DNA of 64,000 nucleotides from Oculina patagonica (Eukaryota): NCBI RefSeq assembly GCF_052425735.1, contig NC_135761.1, positions 14,880,001 to 14,944,000 of the forward strand, read 5' to 3'. Shown piece by piece: positions 58,704 to 64,000 of this stretch (position 1 is its first letter; each line of letters starts with the position of its first letter). The notes under the pieces were generated by a model. It saw only the letters and a program-made list of their open reading frames with translations, ran no database searches and was not told where the DNA came from. The position numbers and the translations under genes were made by a program.

Positions 58704-60227
58704 ATGTACCTTTTCTGTGGCAGTGGAAAGGCGCAAATATCGCATTTTATCGTTATGTTTACGGCATTTTTAATGCTAGGCGTTTTCGCCTTTTCTGCAG
58801 CTGCAGATCTTCTTCCCATCTCTGTGAACCCGGACAGACAGAGGTTGGTAGACAGCTTGGGTCGCGAGGTCTTCTTTCACGGTACAAACGTTGTGGTGAA
58901 GGAGTTTCCGTGGCATCCAGAGCTTGAAGGCTTCTCTGATGGAACTTTCTCTGAGCAGGATATGAAACTTCTACAAACGCTTGGCCTCAATGTTGTACGT
59001 CTTGGATTCATGTGGCCTGGGTTGGAGCCCACGAGAGGAAAATACAACGAAACATACTTGCAAGTTATGCAACATATCGTTACACTCTCCGCGAAATACG
59101 GCATTTATGTCCTGATAGATATGCATCAGGATGCCTTTTCTAGGATGCTGTGCGTGGAAGGTTTGCCAACCTGGGCAGTTAACACAGGAAACGCCAAAGG
59201 ATTCCCTGAACCGCTACACGAGCCGTTTGTTCTCGATCCCAAAACAGGAATGCCATCGGACGAAGACTGCGCTAAGTTTTTGTGGGCAGATTACTACCTC
59301 ACCGAAGCGACAAGCGTGGCCTTTCAAAACTTGTACAACAACACCGACGGGTTGTTAGATAGCTGGGCTGCATTCTGGGGCAAGACTGCCTCGGGCTTTA
59401 AGAATTTCTTCAATGTTATTGGCTACGAGCTCATCAATGAACCATGGGCAGGCGATATTTATGCAGATCCACTGCTTCTCGTTCCAAAAACGGCTGATAG
59501 AATGAACTTGGCTCCTGTCTACGAAGTTTTAAGCAAAGCCATCAGGCAGCACGATGAAGAACATTGTATTTTCTTCGAAGGAATAACATGGGATGACTTT
59601 GGCGTTGGATTTAATAGCGTGCCGGGCGGGAATGAGTACCGGAATAGGAGCGTTCTTAGCTACCATTACTACATCCCGCCATCGATAAACCTTATCGAGA
59701 ACTTCGAGGCCCGGAAAGCGGATTTGGAGAGGTTGAAATGCGGAGGAATGCTGACAGAATTTCACACTACCGTCGGAAAGATCGAAACCATGTTTGAAAC
59801 GATGGCCGTTGCTGACGTTTACCTGCAATCGTGGATAGGATGGGACTACAAGGCGTACCACCCCTCCCGTCCCAGTCTGAAAGGGGACAGGTGTTGTCCA
59901 TTGTGGAATGGAACAGGACTCAACCAAATTTACGTTCAAAATACGACTCGTACTTACCCTCAGGCCGTTGCTGGAAATACTGTGAAATTCAGCTTTGATT
60001 TGTCCTCAAAGGAATTCGTGTTAGTTTATGAAGTGTCCAAAACGTGTCGCTCAACAGAATCTGTTGTCTATTTGAACGAAGCGGTGCATTACCCATCAGG
60101 TTATAACGTGACTGTCACGCCACCTTCTGTCACGTGGTCGTCCACGGAGGAAAATCGCCTTGTTTTTAAACATCCAGCATCTACCCCGCTAGGATCAAGT
60201 GTAATGATTACTATCAACAAAAAATAA
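58704..60227 (+). CDS. Endoglycoceramidase-like glycoside hydrolase family 5 protein, copy B (intronless; true start possibly ATG 58755)
   Basis: Same motifs as copy A (IDMHQD, INEPW, LTEF, RTYPQAVAG) and a hydrophobic signal FLMLGVFAFSAAA; inverted duplicate of copy A. Confidence 0.9.
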   Translation: MYLFCGSGKAQISHFIVMFTAFLMLGVFAFSAAADLLPISVNPDRQRLVDSLGREVFFHGTNVVVKEFPWHPELEGFSDGTFSEQDMKLLQTLGLNVVRLGFMWPGLEPTRGKYNETYLQVMQHIVTLSAKYGIYVLIDMHQDAFSRMLCVEGLPTWAVNTGNAKGFPEPLHEPFVLDPKTGMPSDEDCAKFLWADYYLTEATSVAFQNLYNNTDGLLDSWAAFWGKTASGFKNFFNVIGYELINEPWAGDIYADPLLLVPKTADRMNLAPVYEVLSKAIRQHDEEHCIFFEGITWDDFGVGFNSVPGGNEYRNRSVLSYHYYIPPSINLIENFEARKADLERLKCGGMLTEFHTTVGKIETMFETMAVADVYLQSWIGWDYKAYHPSRPSLKGDRCCPLWNGTGLNQIYVQNTTRTYPQAVAGNTVKFSFDLSSKEFVLVYEVSKTCRSTESVVYLNEAVHYPSGYNVTVTPPSVTWSSTEENRLVFKHPASTPLGSSVMITINKK

Positions 60228-63200
60228 AACTGATTACAATTTTCTTGGGGAGAAGGGGGGGGGGGGGGGTGGAAGTATGATGAAAATATCTGAGGGTATC
60301 GTGAAAGACACAATTGTAAGAGGACTTTTAAAATATCGATATAGTTTTCGAATATAAATGTTAACCCGATTATTACATCAATAAAGAAAGATTACTCAAT
60401 GATGCGTTCCTATGAACATCTTTCCTTCGATCATTCAAGGTTCATGCTCTGTATTTCAATTGTCGTGATATATCCCCTGACGCATGTTCGCGCTTCGTGC
60501 TTGCCTTGTCTATCGCACTGGAGGCTATACCAATTGTTTTACAATTCAAAAGATTGTCAAAGAATCTATTTTTAACAGCTAGGCTGGACAAACCATTTGT
60601 GCAACTCTTTGCATATTTCTCAGTTGAGCCCATTTCCAAATGACATATCGCATGTTATCTGTCACGAGTGGATGACGGAAAAATAACGGGGCGGAAAAAT
60701 AACGGGGCCTTCCAACTCGTTGGGACGTGGGAAAGAAGGGGTTCCTATATAAGGGGCGACTATGAAACCTGTTTTGTGGACGTAAAACAAGTTCAGTTCT
60801 TCTCCTAGCAAACAGGTACTATGTTGTGGCAACAGAACAATAATTCATAAGCAAGCAACATTTTCGCTTTCATTGAAAGCTAAGTTATTTACTGGTAGAA
60901 CAGTGGGACTTTCTGAGTTTCCACGGGGCTCTACAGAGAATTTTGTTAAACGCGTCTATCAACGATCAGCCATGGTCGATGGACAGTAATGTAATTCATG
61001 GACAAACTTTATTACGGTGTGGTGAGTACTAAACGACAGAGTGTACAATCAACAAAGTTTACTTTTTAATTTACTTTTTATTTTTTTCTACCTATAACTA
61101 TATTGTGAATTATTGATGACATTATTAGTCTTTATGTGGTTTCTCTTCTTTTTCCTGGTCTTCGTATGAAACGCCAAACTCGTTTACCCTCTTCATGTCG
61201 ACTGGATACAGCCTGTAGACAAAAATATTTTTAATCCAGTTAAAAGAATAGCTTTCTTGCAGTGTGCAGTGTATTTTATATAAAGGATACAGAAGAGCAA
61301 CAGTAAAAGTTTTAAATTAAGTGAAAATTTATTAAATGTGCAAAATGTACACGGTTACAAAAAGTCATGGATTGTGGACTGGACCCTCACATCTCTCACG
61401 CCTCACGCGAGAATACCTAACATTATATTAATTGGGAGATTGTGTGATTTTATGACGTACTTTGCGAGTCACGGGTCATGCGGACACAGACACATTTCGA
61501 AAGACTACCCAAGAATCGCATTCCTGTATGTTTTAGCATCACTCATCACCAAATACGCAGGTTTTCTAGAGGTAGCAGGTTGAAAATAAGTTTCTTAACC
61601 TTTTTGAACGTCAAGGGTCACGCAAACGTTTTAAACAAAATAGCGTTGAGATGTGGCTGCTTGAGCACAAGAGCGTCACGAGTCACGCAAGCATTTCCAG
61701 AGCGTTAATTAAAGGGGCCTCCTTTGAAAACGTTTACCTGAGTTGTTTCTTAGTTAGGACTTACCATCTCTGATAGAGATAAATAACGAACACGACGTCA
61801 TCTCTGAAACAGGCCAGACGGTGAGCGGTAGGCATGACGATAATGAATGCAAAAACATCGTCAATAAACGTGTTGAACGCCTGCAAAGAAGGAACGGGAA
61901 GTAAAAGTGAGGGGGCAGGAAGGGATTGAGGGCGGGCGGTATCGGAGGCAGGGAGGCAGGGAGGGAAGTAACCAGAGCCCAGGCGGTTTTTTATCCGCAG
62001 GTTAAAAGAAAAGAATGTAAACTGGAAGAAAGTGAAGGGAGAGAGGAAGGTAAGGTGGGAAAAAGAACCAGGAGAAAGAAAACAACGTCTACATGTTTGC
62101 TCCTAGAATCCCTGTAACATCGGAGAGACTGAGAGTTACTAAACGTGCAAGGAGCAAAAAAAAAATGAATGCATTTCGTAAAAAGATTTGGCCGAGAGAG
62201 AGTAGTATTCTAGGAATCACCCTAAACATTCTACATACCTTGTACATAAATGCTCTCCAAGGCAAGTGAGCGACAGACTTGAGCTGAGAGCAAAGAACAA
62301 GTCAATCAGTAAATAGTAACAAGGCTGAACCTTCAATTTAATGAATGGTGCGGCATGCTTGTGGACATTGACCGTATTCCAACCACCCTGTTTTTGGTCC
62401 CTGTTTGAATTTATTTATTTATTTAACATTTCTTTATACACGGTTAAAAATCATCAGGTAAATACTAGTAATTACAGTTATAATAAAAATTAATACAAAT
62501 AAATAAATAAATAAAACAAATAAAAATGAATCAATCAGCACTTGTCACCGTTGTGAAAAAATTCTATAAAATTTCTAGATGAATAACTCGGTTTTTAACT
62601 CTGTAAAAAACCATAGCTACGCTACGTACGACTAACCTTGTAGTTAACAAACAGCTGAGGCAACATGAACAGAAAACCAAACACATAGACCCCTAAAGAA
62701 CGGCAAAAACAGCAACACATAATTATCAAAAATCAACATGACAAGTGTTGTGTATGAATAAAATCACGTAAGAAACATGAATAGAACAAAAAAGTAGAGA
62801 GAGATTATCCTTGAAGTTAAAGCAGACTACAAAATACAATAAAAATTAACTATAAAAAGAGACGTTGTAGTCGCGGATATTTTTTAGGGTCTTTAATTTG
62901 AATTGCACAAATTTGAAATCTCCTGACTTTACAAGAAAACACGAAGTGTTTTTTAAGTAATGTAACAGTACTTAGCAGATCCATATATGGTCTTGTTAGT
63001 AAAGCGAACCGTTAAAAAATGGCCGAGGGTGCACTTACCATTCACTAAGCTTCGAACAATCCAGGAATACCAACTGCAAGGAAAACAAAGAAACTTGTAA
63101 CGATCATATACATAAAAAGTTACAAGTTCTAGGCTCTGCTAAACAAAGATAAGCGATGTGAACATAAGCTTCATAAGAGTCACCAACCACTTCCAAGTGC

Positions 63201-64000
63201 AACAAGAACGACACCACCAAAAGTCTTTTAATATTCGTTTCTTATCATCTTTTTCAGTAATTTTCATCTTTTTTTTTTTCGTGGAGAACATCTTTGGCAG
63301 CAGTAGACTTACAAATCGCGAATATAATAAAGACACGATACATATTATCGTCTCTTAAATGACCTTCATCTTCATAAAACAATTGTTCGTGCAGGTAGAA
63401 CAACACTTAAGAGGTAATAATTTCGATAATAACCCGAAATGAAACAAGGTTTTCATGTGACATGAAAGTTAAAGCGGTCGTTGCAATTGTGAAAGATTGT
63501 TACATTATTGACACCCTTTTGCTTTCGCCTTATTAATTCCTCTACCGCAAATTGCACTCTAGATAGAAGAAATTAACTCTGCGAAAAAATTAAGAAATTA
63601 ACTCTAAAATTAACACTCTCAAGTTTTTAAACTCAGCAGTTTCACGACTGTACATTACCTCTTGTGTGGATGATACACGAGTGAGTATGCAGCACCGGCT
63701 AACAACAAAGGGTATAGGGCGTAGGAAAGGTACCGCATGGCCTGGAGAAAACAAAAATCACACTTACATGTACAGATAGTTTAAACGATAATAAAAATAA
63801 AGAAAACACCAAAAAAGGGACTTTTGCATACCTAAAGGTACCGCTTTCAGGCGAAGCCTTCCCGTATAGGAAGTACCTCCCCCCCCCCCCACCCCCCCCC
63901 CCCCCCCCCCGGCGGACAACTAAGCTCAACTAGACAAATTAAAGTCAAACGTCATCCGTAATGTAGCGTCCTAAAGTTTCAGAAATAAAGTAGAAAAGTG

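Noticed and set aside
55963-60227. Bacterial contamination of the assembly
   Set aside because: The genes are flanked by the same eukaryotic MITE, Penelope and low-complexity repeats as the rest of the window, and there is no operon context.
63870-63915. Functional G-quadruplex elements in poly-G/C runs (also ~11895, 57589, 60254)
   Set aside because: Simple homopolymers, at least some at the ends of repeat fragments, with unreliable length and no supporting context.

Overview
AT-rich, intron-containing animal DNA. The repeat families and genes suggest an anthozoan, probably a stony coral (inference). Bases 1-54,900 hold a tandem cluster of eight paralogous CAP-superfamily (GAPR-1/GLIPR2-like) genes: six on +, then two on - facing them tail-to-tail. 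Seven copies have a signal-peptide exon (copy 1's lies outside the window). Most have an optional phase 1-1 linker exon. All eight have a CAP exon A of exactly 244 nt, and all but copy 4 have a CAP exon B with a variable tail. The linker exon differs between paralogs: TGAV repeats, 15 Pro/Thr heptads, 12 silk/elastin-like GAGGxGP heptads, or GGY repeats. Copy 4 lacks exon B, copy 5 has a premature stop, copy 8's linker lies in a 513-N assembly gap, and the CAP exons look mosaic (gene conversion). After the cluster lie two intronless, head-to-head GH5 endoglycoceramidase-like genes whose differences concentrate near the active site. Introns and intergenic DNA contain many mobile elements: an internally deleted PHD-bearing Mutator-like element nested in an element with bipartite 26/15-spacer inverted ends, Crypton remnants, a truncated LINE, Penelope remnants with hammerhead motifs, SINEs and MITEs. 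An unexplained 7-unit tandem array with a hyperconserved ~75-bp core lies at 2.8-4.8 kb. Exon boundaries and alignments were read by eye.
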